This document shows positions 1 through 10,432 of a stretch of 40,713 nt of DNA, piece after piece. The notes beneath the pieces are model-generated. The model had not been told where the DNA came from. It ran no database searches and saw only the letters and a program-made list of their open reading frames with translations. This DNA comes from an uncultured cyanobacterium (GTDB taxonomy: Bacteria; Cyanobacteriota; Cyanobacteriia; Leptolyngbyales; Leptolyngbyaceae), in NCBI GenBank assembly GCA_963766075.1, contig CAVYAN010000095.1:1-40713 (forward strand), given 5' to 3'. Positions within the stretch are counted from its first letter, which is position 1; every line of letters starts with the position of its first letter. The translations under genes and the position numbers were made by a program.

Positions 1-2
1 TC

Positions 3-953
3 CGCTCCTGGCTCATGGTGCCGGTGATTCACAACAATCGCTTGCTGGGCATGGTGGAACTCCACGGTTGCGGCAGCCAGCGACTGGACCTGCACGAAGC
101 GGAACTGGATTTGGTGGACGCGATCGCCACCCAAATCGGCATCGCCCTGATCGAAGCGGAAGCCTATACCAACCTGGAAGTCCTCAACCGCCAGTTGGAG
201 GCCCTCGACCGCACCCGCAGCAATCTGATCGCCATCACTGGGCATGAGCTGCGCACGCCATTGTCTACGATTCAAGTCTGTCTCGAAAGTCTGGCGACGG
301 AACCCGATATGCCCCCGGAGTTGAGCCAGATTATGCTCAGCACCGCCCTGGCGGATGCCGAGCGCATGCGCAAGCTAATCCAGGATTTTCTCACTCTGTC
401 TGATTTGGAAAGTGGTCGGGTCAAGTGGCACTTGGACATTTTGCCGATTCGGGAATGCGTGGATTTAGCCCTCAGCAGTTTGCGCACCTACCATCGGCCC
501 GATGTGCCGGAAATCGTTGCCGATGTGGCGCTGGATTTGCCCCTGGTGCAAACCGATGGCGAATGGGTCGTGGAGGTGATTTCTAAACTGCTGGACAATG
601 CCTGTAAATTCACGGAACCCGAGGGGCGCGTGATGATTCAGGCCCAGGTTAACGGGCGCAATCGGCTGGAAGTTACTGTGGCGGATACGGGGCGGGGGAT
701 TGAACCCGATCGCTTGGAGGTGGTGTTTGATCGGTTTTATCAGGAAGAAGGGGCACTGCGGCGATCGGCGGGTGGCACGGGTCTGGGACTGGCCATTTGT
801 CGCCAAATTATCACGGGTTTGGGCGGCGAAATTTGGGCCGAATCTGCGGGCAAAGATCAGGGCACGCAGTTTCATTTCACAGTCCCGATCGCTCCCGGTG
901 TTGATGAGGTGAAAAAGCCCAAGGGCAAGCGTAAACTGAAGGGAGCTGCATAA
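3..953 (+). CDS. GAF-domain sensor histidine kinase, 5'-truncated by the window edge
   Basis: Frame is open from base 3. GAF end (MVPVIHNNRLLGMVELH), H-box GHELRTPL, N-box LLDNACKFT, G-boxes DTGRGI and GGTGLGL. Confidence 0.92.
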   Translation, partial: RSWLMVPVIHNNRLLGMVELHGCGSQRLDLHEAELDLVDAIATQIGIALIEAEAYTNLEVLNRQLEALDRTRSNLIAITGHELRTPLSTIQVCLESLATEPDMPPELSQIMLSTALADAERMRKLIQDFLTLSDLESGRVKWHLDILPIRECVDLALSSLRTYHRPDVPEIVADVALDLPLVQTDGEWVVEVISKLLDNACKFTEPEGRVMIQAQVNGRNRLEVTVADTGRGIEPDRLEVVFDRFYQEEGALRRSAGGTGLGLAICRQIITGLGGEIWAESAGKDQGTQFHFTVPIAPGVDEVKKPKGKRKLKGAA

Positions 954-1015
954 GGAAACCTGTAGGTGACGCATCGAAAGCCGCTCAGAATCTGTGAAAT
1001 CAGGCAGGAGGTGAC

Positions 1016-1342
1016 ATGAAAACCGCGATTGCTTTGCCGATGGTCCCCATCACAAACTTCTGTCAACACTGGCAAATTACTGAACTCTCCGTCTTCGGTT
1101 CGGTGCTGCGGGACGATTTTCATGCCGACAGTGACATCGATATGTTGGTGGCCTTTGCCCCAACAGCCAACTGGGGGCTGTGGGACCACGCCCAAATGCA
1201 GCAAGAACTGGAAGCCCTGCTCGGCAGACCGGTTGATCTAATTAGTAAACGGGCGATCGAGCGCAGCGCCAATTGGATTCGTCGGCACGAAATTCTCTCC
1301 ACTGCTCAAACGATCTATCGGTCACGGGCGATTAAAAATTAA
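1016..1342 (+). CDS. Minimal nucleotidyltransferase (MNT, antitoxin-like)
   Basis: 108 aa with FGSVLRDDFHADSDIDMLV (GSx10DxD) and LLGRPVDLI; AGGAGG RBS just upstream of the ATG. Confidence 0.88.
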   Translation: MKTAIALPMVPITNFCQHWQITELSVFGSVLRDDFHADSDIDMLVAFAPTANWGLWDHAQMQQELEALLGRPVDLISKRAIERSANWIRRHEILSTAQTIYRSRAIKN

Positions 1343-2741
1343 AAATTAAATCCAAACGTTTTTGGGCCTCGGTGAGCATCTGTTGCGGGGAGCCTTGGCG
1401 CAGCAGGGTGCCCTCGATCGCCCGCCCGAGGTTTTCGGAAATGCGGTTATAACCGGGAAAAATGGGGCGCGATCGGCCATATTTTGCCTGTTGTAAAAAC
1501 ACGTCCACCACCGGATGACTGGCTCGAAAGGCTTTATATTCCGCACTTTCTCGCGATTTCAAATTCACCGGCAAGTATCCCGTTTGGGTCGCCCAGGCGG
1601 TTTGAAATGCCTCGCTCAGGACAAACTGGGCAAACTGCAAAGCCGCCTGTTCCCGCTGGGGCGTTGACTTAAACACGAACAAATTCTCGCCGCCGATCGT
1701 CGTCGCGGGTCGGGTGCCTTGGGGAATGGGAAACGCCGCAAAATCCTTTCCCGACTGTTGTAAATCCCGCAGGGTCCAGGGGCCGGAAATCTGCATCGCC
1801 ACCTGACCCGCCAAAAAGCCATCCATTTCGTAGCCCCGTTCGGGAGCCGATAGCGTCGCGGAACCGTCGGTGAGCAGATCTTGCCAGAATTGCAGGGCGG
1901 CGATCGCTCCAGGATTTGTCAGTTGAATCTTTCCTACTGCCTGAGGGCGATCGTTGACCGTATTCCTAGGCACCACCGTGCCTTTGACCCTGGACTGGGC
2001 CTGTGGGGTCTCGACCAATTCTCCCCCGCCGCCCCACAGAAAAGGCAGCCAGGTAAACACACTCCATTCTCCCTTCCCCAGGGGCAGCACCATCCCATAT
2101 TGATCGGGGCGGCCATCGCCATTCGGATCGCGGGTCAACTGCCGCGCGACCTGGCGCAGTTCCTCCCAGGTTTTGGGCAGGGTTGCAATTCCCGCCGCTT
2201 TGAATAAGCTGGGCCGATAGAAGATGCCCACATTATTCGTAGCAAAGGGAATCGACCAGGTTTTTCCCTCCAGTTGCATGGTTTCGACCAAGGCTGGATC
2301 CAGTTCCTGGGCTTCGGGAATTGTCGGCAACCAGTCGTCTAGGGGGCGAATCGCATCTAAGTCAACTAGACGTCCGGTTAGCATGGCTGCGTACCACAGC
2401 ATGTCTGGGGCGGCATTGCCCACAATGGCGGCCAACAGCTTGGGCAACTGCTGATCGGCCTGCCCAATATACTGCGGTTCCACCTGAATGGTGGGATGGG
2501 TGCGATTGAACTGATTCACCAGATTTTGCAATACATCCCGGTTTGGGGCGGGATTCACCCCATGCCAGAGGGTCAGATGCGTCACGTTAGGAGCCGTGGG
2601 TGTTGCTGCACACCCAGCCAGAACACCGCTACTGATGACCAATAGGCAAATTACGAGGCACTGCTTTAAGAGGTACTGCTTTACCAGAACCTGGTGCAGA
2701 ATTACGAGGCAGCGGTGCAAAGTTTGGATGAGCGATCGCAT
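1332..2741 (-). CDS. Sugar ABC transporter substrate-binding lipoprotein
   Basis: Lipobox LAGC, LTLWHG, GIFYRPSLFKAAGI, AMQISGPW and IGGENLFVF motifs of family-1 solute-binding proteins. Start codon uncertain. Confidence 0.88.
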   Translation of the reverse strand: MRSLIQTLHRCLVILHQVLVKQYLLKQCLVICLLVISSGVLAGCAATPTAPNVTHLTLWHGVNPAPNRDVLQNLVNQFNRTHPTIQVEPQYIGQADQQLPKLLAAIVGNAAPDMLWYAAMLTGRLVDLDAIRPLDDWLPTIPEAQELDPALVETMQLEGKTWSIPFATNNVGIFYRPSLFKAAGIATLPKTWEELRQVARQLTRDPNGDGRPDQYGMVLPLGKGEWSVFTWLPFLWGGGGELVETPQAQSRVKGTVVPRNTVNDRPQAVGKIQLTNPGAIAALQFWQDLLTDGSATLSAPERGYEMDGFLAGQVAMQISGPWTLRDLQQSGKDFAAFPIPQGTRPATTIGGENLFVFKSTPQREQAALQFAQFVLSEAFQTAWATQTGYLPVNLKSRESAEYKAFRASHPVVDVFLQQAKYGRSRPIFPGYNRISENLGRAIEGTLLRQGSPQQMLTEAQKRLDLIFNF

Positions 2742-2799
2742 AGACAGTCCAATCCAGTGGAGCACATTTCAGAGTCGCTAATTAACTGTATGCAGCCCT

Positions 2800-2833
2800 A
2801 GATCCCCGGCATTTCTAAAAATGCTGGGGATCT
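2800..2833. repeat. Intergenic hairpin (REP-like or terminator)
   Basis: AGATCCCCGGCATTT...AAATGCTGGGGATCT imperfect inverted repeat just downstream of the HAD stop codon. Confidence 0.6.
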
Positions 2834-2845
2834 TCGACCACACGT

Positions 2846-3556
2846 TTAGATTAATTGTACCGACTGGCTGAGAACAGAGGACTCTAGAATTTCCCACAAT
2901 TCCGCAGCGGTAAAGTCCGGCACCACCAAACTTGCACCCACCGCGTAGAGAGCCACAGGCGCTTGCGTCGTGGCAATGCCAACGGTAAAAATGCCCGCCC
3001 CCACTGCAGACCGCACCCCCGAAGGAGAATCTTCAAAGGCGATCGCATCCTCTGGAGCCATGCCCAACTGGGCCAGCGCCTGACGGTAGGGAGCCGGATC
3101 TGGCTTGCCAATCCCCAGTTCATCGGCAATCACCACCGCATCAAAGAGGTTCTGCAACTGGAGGGCTTCCAGCATGTGATGGACATTTTCAGGTGGCGCA
3201 TTGGTCACCACGGCTTGCCGTAATGCGCGGCCCTGCGCCCAATCCAACACCTCTGTCAGCCCCGCTAACCGATTCAAACGGGGAGCCAAGTCACGAAACG
3301 CGGCCTCTTTTTGGGCGATGAATACCTGGGCCGCTGCCCCCGACAAGTGGGGCAGCAAATCCGCCACAATCGCCGGATTCAATCGGCCACTAATCCGGGT
3401 TTTGTAGAAGGCTTCATCAATATCCCAGCCAAATTCCTGCAATACCGCCTGCCACACCTGGAAATGAAACGGGTCAGTATTTGCCAAGGTGCCATCCATA
3501 TCGTAGAGAATGGCTGAAAAAGTCCTTTGCTCGGCGACTTCGCCCTGTCCCCGCAT
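2846..3556 (-). CDS. HAD-superfamily hydrolase (beta-phosphoglucomutase-like, subfamily IA)
   Basis: Motif I ILYDMDGTL, motif II VVTNA, motifs III/IV GKPDPAPY and FEDSPSG. The nearest ATG upstream of motif I is at 3556. Confidence 0.9.
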   Translation of the reverse strand: MRGQGEVAEQRTFSAILYDMDGTLANTDPFHFQVWQAVLQEFGWDIDEAFYKTRISGRLNPAIVADLLPHLSGAAAQVFIAQKEAAFRDLAPRLNRLAGLTEVLDWAQGRALRQAVVTNAPPENVHHMLEALQLQNLFDAVVIADELGIGKPDPAPYRQALAQLGMAPEDAIAFEDSPSGVRSAVGAGIFTVGIATTQAPVALYAVGASLVVPDFTAAELWEILESSVLSQSVQLI

Positions 3557-5057
3557 GCTTTCCTGCTTAATCTGTTTCATCATCCTCCGTTTAGTATTCT
3601 GGTGGCACACCTTCCCCAACCCCGATGAAGCCTATTACTGGCTGTGGGGGCAGCATCTCGACTGGTCCTATTATGATCATCCCCCGTTTTCCGCCTGGGT
3701 TCAAGGACTCGTCTCGAGGATCTTGGGACGATCGCCCTTCAGCCTGCGCCTGCCCAACCTGCTGAGTAATGCCCTACTGTTTTATACCTACTACCGCATT
3801 TGCGGATACTTGCATGGGGCCAATGCGCGGCGCTACTTTGGGCAAATGGTGTTACTGATGCTGGCGTCACCGCTGTATTTCTTATTTTTGAGCTTGGCTT
3901 GGCCTGATCACTGGTTGATTGCCTTTTCATTGATTGCGGCCTATTTATTTATTACCTTTGCCGATGGCTATCTTGCCGATCAGTCCACCGACAATCGATC
4001 GGGAAAGACCTGGCGACTCTACAGTGCCGCTGGTGTCCTTGGAGTTGCCGGATTATGTAAATATAATGCGGTGTTCATGGCTGTGGGATTCGCTGCCACG
4101 CTGATTGCCGATCGCCGCCTCCATCCGCTCTGGCGCGATCGCCGCCTGTATATTGCCGGAGCGATCGCCCTACTGTTCACGACTCCGATCGTATTCTGGA
4201 ATATTTCCCATCAATTTCAATCCTTTCAATACTATGTTGACCGCAGTGTGAACACAGGCAGTTTCAGCATCAAGCTTTCTCCGGGGCTAAACTTCCTCCT
4301 CTTTTCCGGCTTGATGGTTTCTCCTGTGAATGTTTACGCCTTTGGTCGCTATTTTCAGGCGTATTTTAAAGCCAATCCGTTAATTGCAAATTCACGCGGA
4401 GAAACGCGATCAATCTATCCGACCGTAGCATGCTGGACCTGTATTCTCTCCAGTCTGGGCTTGACGATCATCGCCTTCCTTTCCGCCGGACTCTACTACT
4501 GGAATATCACCGCTTACCTGTTGCTATTTCCGTTGATTCCGCCCCTATTCAGCGATCGCATGGAGCCGCCTAAACTCACCAAACTTTTTGCCGCCGGACA
4601 AGCCTACGGATTGTTATTTGCCGTGCTGCTGGTGATCCACTACAGCGTGTTTCCCCTCTCCGCCTTAGTCAGTCGCGATGCCGATCCCGATTCGCGGATG
4701 CTATGGGGGTGGGAGCAAGTCGCCGCCGCCGTCATCGCCCAAACCGACTCTTTGCCTACTCGCCCGCTGATTATCACCACCGACTACCGTTCGGCCTCAG
4801 CCCTGGCCTATCAGCTCAATCAAAACCATGTGCTGGCTATCAGCGATCGCCGCGATCAATTTGATATTCGGATGGCCGATGGGCACTATCCGAGTTATGG
4901 ATTAAAGAATAAAACGGTTATCCTATTGGCCGATGATTGGCATCCCTTCGATCCAAAATTTCTCGCCCAGTTTAATGATCTTTCAGCCCCGATCACCATT
5001 CCTATCCAACGGTTTGGCTATTGGATTAAAAACTACTACCTCATCCGTGAGAGGTAG
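3555..5057 (+). CDS. Membrane glycosyltransferase, GT39/ArnT-like
   Basis: PDEAYYWLWGQHLDWSYYDHPP, LRLPN and GLCKY motifs, many hydrophobic segments. Start at 3555 or 3510. Confidence 0.88.
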   Translation: MLSCLICFIILRLVFWWHTFPNPDEAYYWLWGQHLDWSYYDHPPFSAWVQGLVSRILGRSPFSLRLPNLLSNALLFYTYYRICGYLHGANARRYFGQMVLLMLASPLYFLFLSLAWPDHWLIAFSLIAAYLFITFADGYLADQSTDNRSGKTWRLYSAAGVLGVAGLCKYNAVFMAVGFAATLIADRRLHPLWRDRRLYIAGAIALLFTTPIVFWNISHQFQSFQYYVDRSVNTGSFSIKLSPGLNFLLFSGLMVSPVNVYAFGRYFQAYFKANPLIANSRGETRSIYPTVACWTCILSSLGLTIIAFLSAGLYYWNITAYLLLFPLIPPLFSDRMEPPKLTKLFAAGQAYGLLFAVLLVIHYSVFPLSALVSRDADPDSRMLWGWEQVAAAVIAQTDSLPTRPLIITTDYRSASALAYQLNQNHVLAISDRRDQFDIRMADGHYPSYGLKNKTVILLADDWHPFDPKFLAQFNDLSAPITIPIQRFGYWIKNYYLIRER

Positions 5058-5352
5058 ATGTGCGAGCCAGCATGGAATACTCACTTCAGAAGCGATGACG
5101 GTGGTTTTATGGCTAGGCACATACGCCTCACCGCTGCACTGTTTAGCGGCGTTTAGACCGCGTCTATACATCAAGATATAGATCAGGCTAAACGTCATTT
5201 GCCATCGATTCTGAAAACCCTGATCTATCTAGTTCTAATGGCTCTAAACGCTAAGTTATATCTTGGCGATCGCCTCAAACTACCCGATGATGAAAGCCAG
5301 ATGTGAAAATGATTCGTCACTATCCTTCATTTACTAGGAGTCGGTTAGATTC

Positions 5353-7062
5353 ATGTTGCAAGGATGGCTACAAATTGGGTTAACCATTGCGTTGTTCGTG
5401 GTGCTTACCCCGCTGTTGGGCGGGTATATGGCCCGGGTGTATCTGGGTAAAACCACGGCCCTCGATTCGGTGCTCAGTCCCTTAGAGCGCGGTATTTTTC
5501 GACTCATCGGTGTGCAGGCCCAAGAGGACATGACGGCTTGGCAATATGCCCGCGCGATTTTCTACAGCAACGCGGCGATGGCTCTGTTGCTCATGTTCAT
5601 TCAGTTCAACCAGAGCTGGCTGCCCTTTAACCCCACCGGGCTGAGCGCCCCGACCTGGGATACGGTGGTGCATACGACGATTTCCTTTATAACCAACACC
5701 AACCAGCAGCACTATTCTGGGGAAACGACCTACAGTTATTTCACTCAGTTTGCTGGGTTAGGCTTTATGTTTTTTACCTCTGCCGCTACGGGGCTAGCAG
5801 TGGGTATTGCTTTTATTCGTGGGTTGACGGGTAGGCCCCTGGGCAATTTCTACGTCGATTTGACTCAATCTATTACGCGCATTCTCTTGCCCATTTCGAT
5901 TGTTGGAGCTGTGGTATTTATGGCCCTGGGAATGCCGGAAACCCTGAATGGTCCCGTCGTTGTCCCCACGTTGGAAGATCCGGCGGTGAGCCAAGCGATC
6001 GCCCTTGGCCCCGTCGCCCACTTTGAAATCATCAAGGAACTGGGCGAGAACGGCGGCGGCTTTTTTGCCATTAACTCCGCCCACCCGTTTGAAAATCCCA
6101 ATGGCCTCACCAATCTGCTAGAAATTGTGGGCATGGTGGTCATTCCTTCGTCTCTGATCTATACCTATGGTGTATTTGCGAACAACCGCAAGCAGGCGTG
6201 GCTAATCTACGGCATGGTCTTGGTAATCTATCTTGTGTTTGTTGGGCTGGCAGCGATCGGAGAATTCCAAGGCAACCCCGCTGTCAATGCGCTGCTCGGC
6301 AGTACTCAACCCAACCTGGAGGGCAAGGAAGTTCGCTTTGGCTGGGCGCAGTCTGCCCTGTTTGCCGTTACTACCACCGGCACCATGTGCGGTGCCGTAA
6401 ACGCCTTGCATGACTCCTTCATGCCTTTAGGCGGCTTCGTGACGCTGGCGGGCATGTTCCTGCAAATCATTTGGGGCGGACAGGGGACTGGCACTGCTTA
6501 CCTGTTTGCTTACCTGATTTTGGCCGTCTTCGTGACGGGCCTGATGGTAGGTCGCACGCCAGAATTCCTGGGCCGCAAAATCGAAAAACAGGAGGTGATC
6601 CTGGCCAGTTTTCTGATCCTGATGGTTCATCCCATTTTTATTTTGATTCCCGGTGCGATTACTCTGGCGTTTCCCGATCAGTTGGCGGGTATCAGCAATC
6701 CTGGGTTCCATGGCCTGTCTCAGGTGATTTACGAGTACGCTTCCGCCGCAGCCAACAATGGCTCCGGGTTTGAAGGGCTGGCCGACTCTCAGCCTGCGGC
6801 CACTGGACTCTGGTGGAATCTCAGCACTTCTGTTAGTCTGCTGGGCGGACGCTACATCCCGATTGTTTGCTTATTACTGCTGGCCGAAAGTCTTTCCCGC
6901 AAGCAACCCGTGCCGGTTACAGTCGGTACGCTGCGGACAGATACCTTCCTGTTCACCGGAGTCACCGCAGGCGTCATTCTGATTTTGGGTGCCCTCACGT
7001 TTTTCCCGGTTCTGGCCCTCGGCCCGATCGCCGAAGCCTTTCAAATCGCTAGAGGTGGGTGA
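5353..7062 (+). CDS. kdpA: K+-transporting ATPase, potassium-binding subunit A
   Basis: [39 protein letters not shown] and [10 protein letters not shown] signatures. Confidence 0.97.
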   Translation: MLQGWLQIGLTIALFVVLTPLLGGYMARVYLGKTTALDSVLSPLERGIFRLIGVQAQEDMTAWQYARAIFYSNAAMALLLMFIQFNQSWLPFNPTGLSAPTWDTVVHTTISFITNTNQQHYSGETTYSYFTQFAGLGFMFFTSAATGLAVGIAFIRGLTGRPLGNFYVDLTQSITRILLPISIVGAVVFMALGMPETLNGPVVVPTLEDPAVSQAIALGPVAHFEIIKELGENGGGFFAINSAHPFENPNGLTNLLEIVGMVVIPSSLIYTYGVFANNRKQAWLIYGMVLVIYLVFVGLAAIGEFQGNPAVNALLGSTQPNLEGKEVRFGWAQSALFAVTTTGTMCGAVNALHDSFMPLGGFVTLAGMFLQIIWGGQGTGTAYLFAYLILAVFVTGLMVGRTPEFLGRKIEKQEVILASFLILMVHPIFILIPGAITLAFPDQLAGISNPGFHGLSQVIYEYASAAANNGSGFEGLADSQPAATGLWWNLSTSVSLLGGRYIPIVCLLLLAESLSRKQPVPVTVGTLRTDTFLFTGVTAGVILILGALTFFPVLALGPIAEAFQIARGG

Positions 7063-7099
7063 TTCAGACCATCCCAGAACGGGGAATCAGTATGGCCCC

Positions 7100-7183
7100 A
7101 TCTAAAATCCCCTCGTTGATTGGCGCGAAACACTATCCAAAATCTCCTCGTTGATTGGCGCGAAGCGCTATCTAAAATTCTCT
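7100..7183 (+). repeat. 35-bp tandem repeat (2 copies plus a partial copy) between kdpA and kdpB
   Basis: ATCTAAAATCCCCTCGTTGATTGGCGCGAAACACT / ATCCAAAATCTCCTCGTTGATTGGCGCGAAGCGCT / ATCTAAAATTCTCT, ending directly at the kdpB ATG. Confidence 0.85.
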
Positions 7184-9275
7184 ATGATTTCTCCTGCTTC
7201 TCTTCCTCCCCGCGCTCCCGGTGGAACGCGTGACTCGCGTAAACATACACCCAAGGCTGATTTAACCGGACTCTACCAGCGAGCGATTCAGTCCGCCTTT
7301 ATCAAGCTGGATCCTCGAATTACGGTGAAAAATCCGGTCATGTTTATTGTCTGGGTGGGCACGATTGTCACTTTTTTGGTGACGCTGGATCCGAATTTGT
7401 TTGGCAACGTTCAGTCAGAGGTGGCGCAGCAGCGATCGCTGAATGGATTAATCACCGCGATTCTGTTTTTTACCTTGGTGTTTGCTAACTTTGCTGAGGC
7501 CGTTGCTGAAGGCCGAGGCAAAGCTCAGGCCGACTCCCTGCAGATCGACGCGTTCCGATACTGTAGCCCAGCGCGTGCTGCCCGATGGCAGTTACCAAAC
7601 CGTCAGTTCCACGGCCCTGCGGCGGGGCGATTTGGTTAAAGTGACGGCAGGCGATATGATTCCTGCTGACGGTGAGGTCACGGCGGGCATTGGCTCGGTG
7701 GATGAATCCGCGATTACGGGCGAATCGGCCCCTGTATTGAAACAGCCCGGAACCGACATTGCCAGTTCTGTCACCGGGGGCACTCGGCTGCTCTCCGACG
7801 AACTGATGATTCGGATTACGGCTGATCCCGGCAAAGGCTTCATCGATCGCATGATTGCCCTAGTGGAAGGAGCAGAGCGCAGCAAAACCCCGAATGAAAT
7901 TGCCTTGACGGTGTTGTTAGTTGTGCTGACTCAAGTCTTTTTGATTGTTGTCGCTACGACACCCTCATTAGCAAATTTTGTGAAATCACCTACAACGATC
8001 GCCATTTTGATTTCCTTGCTCGTGGCGCTTATTCCTACGACCATTGGGGGCTTACTGAGTGCCATTGGCATCGCCGGGATGGATCGCGTCGCCCAATTTA
8101 ACGTCATTGCAACCTCGGGACGAGCTGTGGAAGCCTGTGGCGATATCAACACCCTCGTCCTCGACAAAACCGGCACCATTACCCTGGGCAACCGCATGGC
8201 GAACCAGTTCCTGCCCATCAACGGTCATACCGAGGAGGCAGTTGCCCAGATTGCCCTCACCGCCAGCCTGTTCGATGACACCCCCGAAGGCCGCTCCATT
8301 GTCCACCTTGCGGAACAATTGGGCGCACAGGTTACCGTTGATCCGGCAACGGTCAAAGGGGTCGAGTTTTCGGCTCGTACCCGCATGAGTGGCACGGACC
8401 TACCCGATGGCAGTGAAGTGCGAAAGGGGGCGGTGGATGCGATTAAAGGCTTCGTGCGATCGCGGGGTGGCGACCTTTCTGCCGAACTCGATCGCGCCTA
8501 CGAGCAAGTTTCTCGCCTCGGAGGTACGCCCCTGGCTGTCTGCCAGGATGATATTTTATACGGCGTGATTTACCTCAAGGATATCGTGAAGCCCGGTCTG
8601 AGAGAGCGATTCGATCAACTGCGGCGCATGGGAGTTCGCACTATCATGCTGACGGGCGACAACCGGATTACTGCTTCCGTCATTGCCGAGGAGGCTGGCG
8701 TGGATGACTTCATTGCCGAGGCCACGCCCGAGGACAAAATTGATGTCATTCGTCGGGAACAGGCCCAAGGGAAGCTCGTTGCCATGACGGGTGATGGGAC
8801 CAACGATGCTCCGGCCTTGGCTCAAGCGAATGTTGGTGTCGCTATGAACTCTGGCACCCAAGCCGCCAAGGAAGCTGCCAATATGGTAGACCTTGATTCC
8901 GATCCCACCAAACTGATTGATTTAGTCACCATTGGCAAACAGCTTCTAATCACGCGCGGTGCCCTCACAACCTTCTCCGTCGCCAACAATATCGCCAAAT
9001 ATTTCGCAATTATTCCCACCATCTTTGCGGCGGCTGGCATTGGCTCCTTAAACATTATGGGTTTAAAGAGTCCAGAGTCAGCGATCGTGGCGGCCCTAAT
9101 CTACAACGCTTTGATTATTTTGGCCTTGATTCCCCTCGCCCTCAAAGGCGTCCAGTTTCGTCCTTTAACGGCCGATCAACTGCTACAGCGCAACATTGTA
9201 ATTTATGGCCTCGGTGGCGTCGTCGCCCCCTTTATTGCTATTAAATTGATCGACATGGCCTTGCCTATGTCGTAG
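7184..9275 (+). CDS. kdpB: K+-transporting ATPase subunit B, interrupted by a +1 frameshift near 7542 (error or pseudogene)
   Basis: First ORF has KNPVMF and [12 protein letters not shown]; second has TGES, DKTGT, KGA, TGDN and GDGTND. Removing A7542 gives ADSL-RSTRSDT in frame. Confidence 0.93.
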
Positions 9276-9349
9276 ATGCCTACAGGTTCTGAATCCTTTT
9301 CCTGGCTGATGTTTTCCTGGCTGATGTAAACCTCTCTCACCTTCTTCCC

Positions 9350-9652
9350 ATGCAACCTCACCTCATTTCCCCCACCCCGACGCCCTGCGCTACCCCGGGT
9401 TCTGGCGCAATTTCTGTCGCAGCCTTTGTCGAAGGTGTGGCCGACTTCTACACCGCCTTCCGGCATCAGAAATTGCCCTCAATCCTCTTTCTCGCCCTCT
9501 GTTTTAATGCCCTCTGTGCCCCGGCAGTTTTCGCCGCCACCGACGGAGGCGTCTCTAAATTGCAAGCTTGGGCGATCGCCCTCCTGGGTCTCACCGTAGT
9601 CAGCCTCTCTGGCTATCTATTCGTCGTCATGTTCCAACCCGAACGCTTTTGA
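9350..9652 (+). CDS. kdpG: Cyanobacterial KdpG / extended KdpF-like small membrane subunit
   Basis: Lies between kdpB and kdpC; two hydrophobic segments; C-terminus YLFVVMFQPERF resembles KdpF. Start uncertain. Confidence 0.8.
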   Translation: MQPHLISPTPTPCATPGSGAISVAAFVEGVADFYTAFRHQKLPSILFLALCFNALCAPAVFAATDGGVSKLQAWAIALLGLTVVSLSGYLFVVMFQPERF

Positions 9653-9695
9653 TGCCGCAATTTTGATGCTGCAGTATTTTGATGCCGCAGTATTA
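9648..9695 (+). repeat. Short tandem repeat TTTTGATGCYGCA(GT)A x3, spanning the kdpG stop
   Basis: ttttgatgccgcaa / ttttgatgctgcagta / ttttgatgccgcagta. Confidence 0.8.
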
Positions 9696-9751
9696 GGACC
9701 GTTCATCCCTTAGATCAGCAATACAGCCCACCCCCTCCCCTCCCTTTTCCC

Positions 9752-10393
9752 ATGACTATTCTTCGCGATACGACCCGCGCCCTCCGTGCTACCGCTGTCC
9801 TTTGGCTGTTGACCGCCATCATCTATCCCTTCGTTATGATTGCTCTGGGGCAGATTGTATTTCCGTTTCAGGCCAACGGCAGCTTGCTGAAAAATACCCA
9901 AGGCACGGTGGTTGGCTCGGCCTTAATTGGCCAACCGTTTACCTCGGATAAATACTTCAACAGTCGTCCCAGTACCAGCAATTACAGCAGCGCTAATCCC
10001 CAAACCGACTCGGCGGGGATTCTCAAAACCGGCGTGTCTGGAGCCAGTAACCTCGCTCCCACCAATCCCGCCCTACTGGATCGAATCCATGGCAAAACCG
10101 ATCCTGATCCCAGCCAAGCGATCGCCGGGGACTTCCCCAAATGGCAGGCCGCAGGCATCCAGCCCACCGCAGACCTGCTGTATACCTCCGGTTCCAGTTT
10201 AGATCCCCACATTACGCCCGCTGCGGCGATCGCCCAATTGGATCGCGTTGCTAAAGTCCGAGGACTGCAATCCAACCGATTAGAGGCATTAATCGCCCAA
10301 AACACCGATCGCCGCTTTCTGGGCCTCTTTGGTGAACCGGGGGTAAATGTGCTGCGATTAAATCTGGCCTTGGATGCCCTCCAGCCCGGTTGA
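9752..10393 (+). CDS. kdpC: K+-transporting ATPase subunit C
   Basis: QANGSL, GSALIGQPF, YFNSRPS, SGASNL, SGSSLDPHI and EPGVNVLRLNLALD. Confidence 0.96.
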   Translation: MTILRDTTRALRATAVLWLLTAIIYPFVMIALGQIVFPFQANGSLLKNTQGTVVGSALIGQPFTSDKYFNSRPSTSNYSSANPQTDSAGILKTGVSGASNLAPTNPALLDRIHGKTDPDPSQAIAGDFPKWQAAGIQPTADLLYTSGSSLDPHITPAAAIAQLDRVAKVRGLQSNRLEALIAQNTDRRFLGLFGEPGVNVLRLNLALDALQPG

Positions 10394-10432
10394 TTCCCCA
10401 TTCTCTTCTGCCCTCTACCCTACGCTATCTCG

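Noticed and set aside
7100..7183. CRISPR-like 35-bp repeat
   Set aside because: Copies are directly adjacent with no spacers, and no cas genes are in the window. The same applies to the other tandem repeats.
7530..7560. Programmed ribosomal frameshifting in kdpB or the other split genes
   Set aside because: No slippery heptamer or shared signal, and these families are not known to use recoding.
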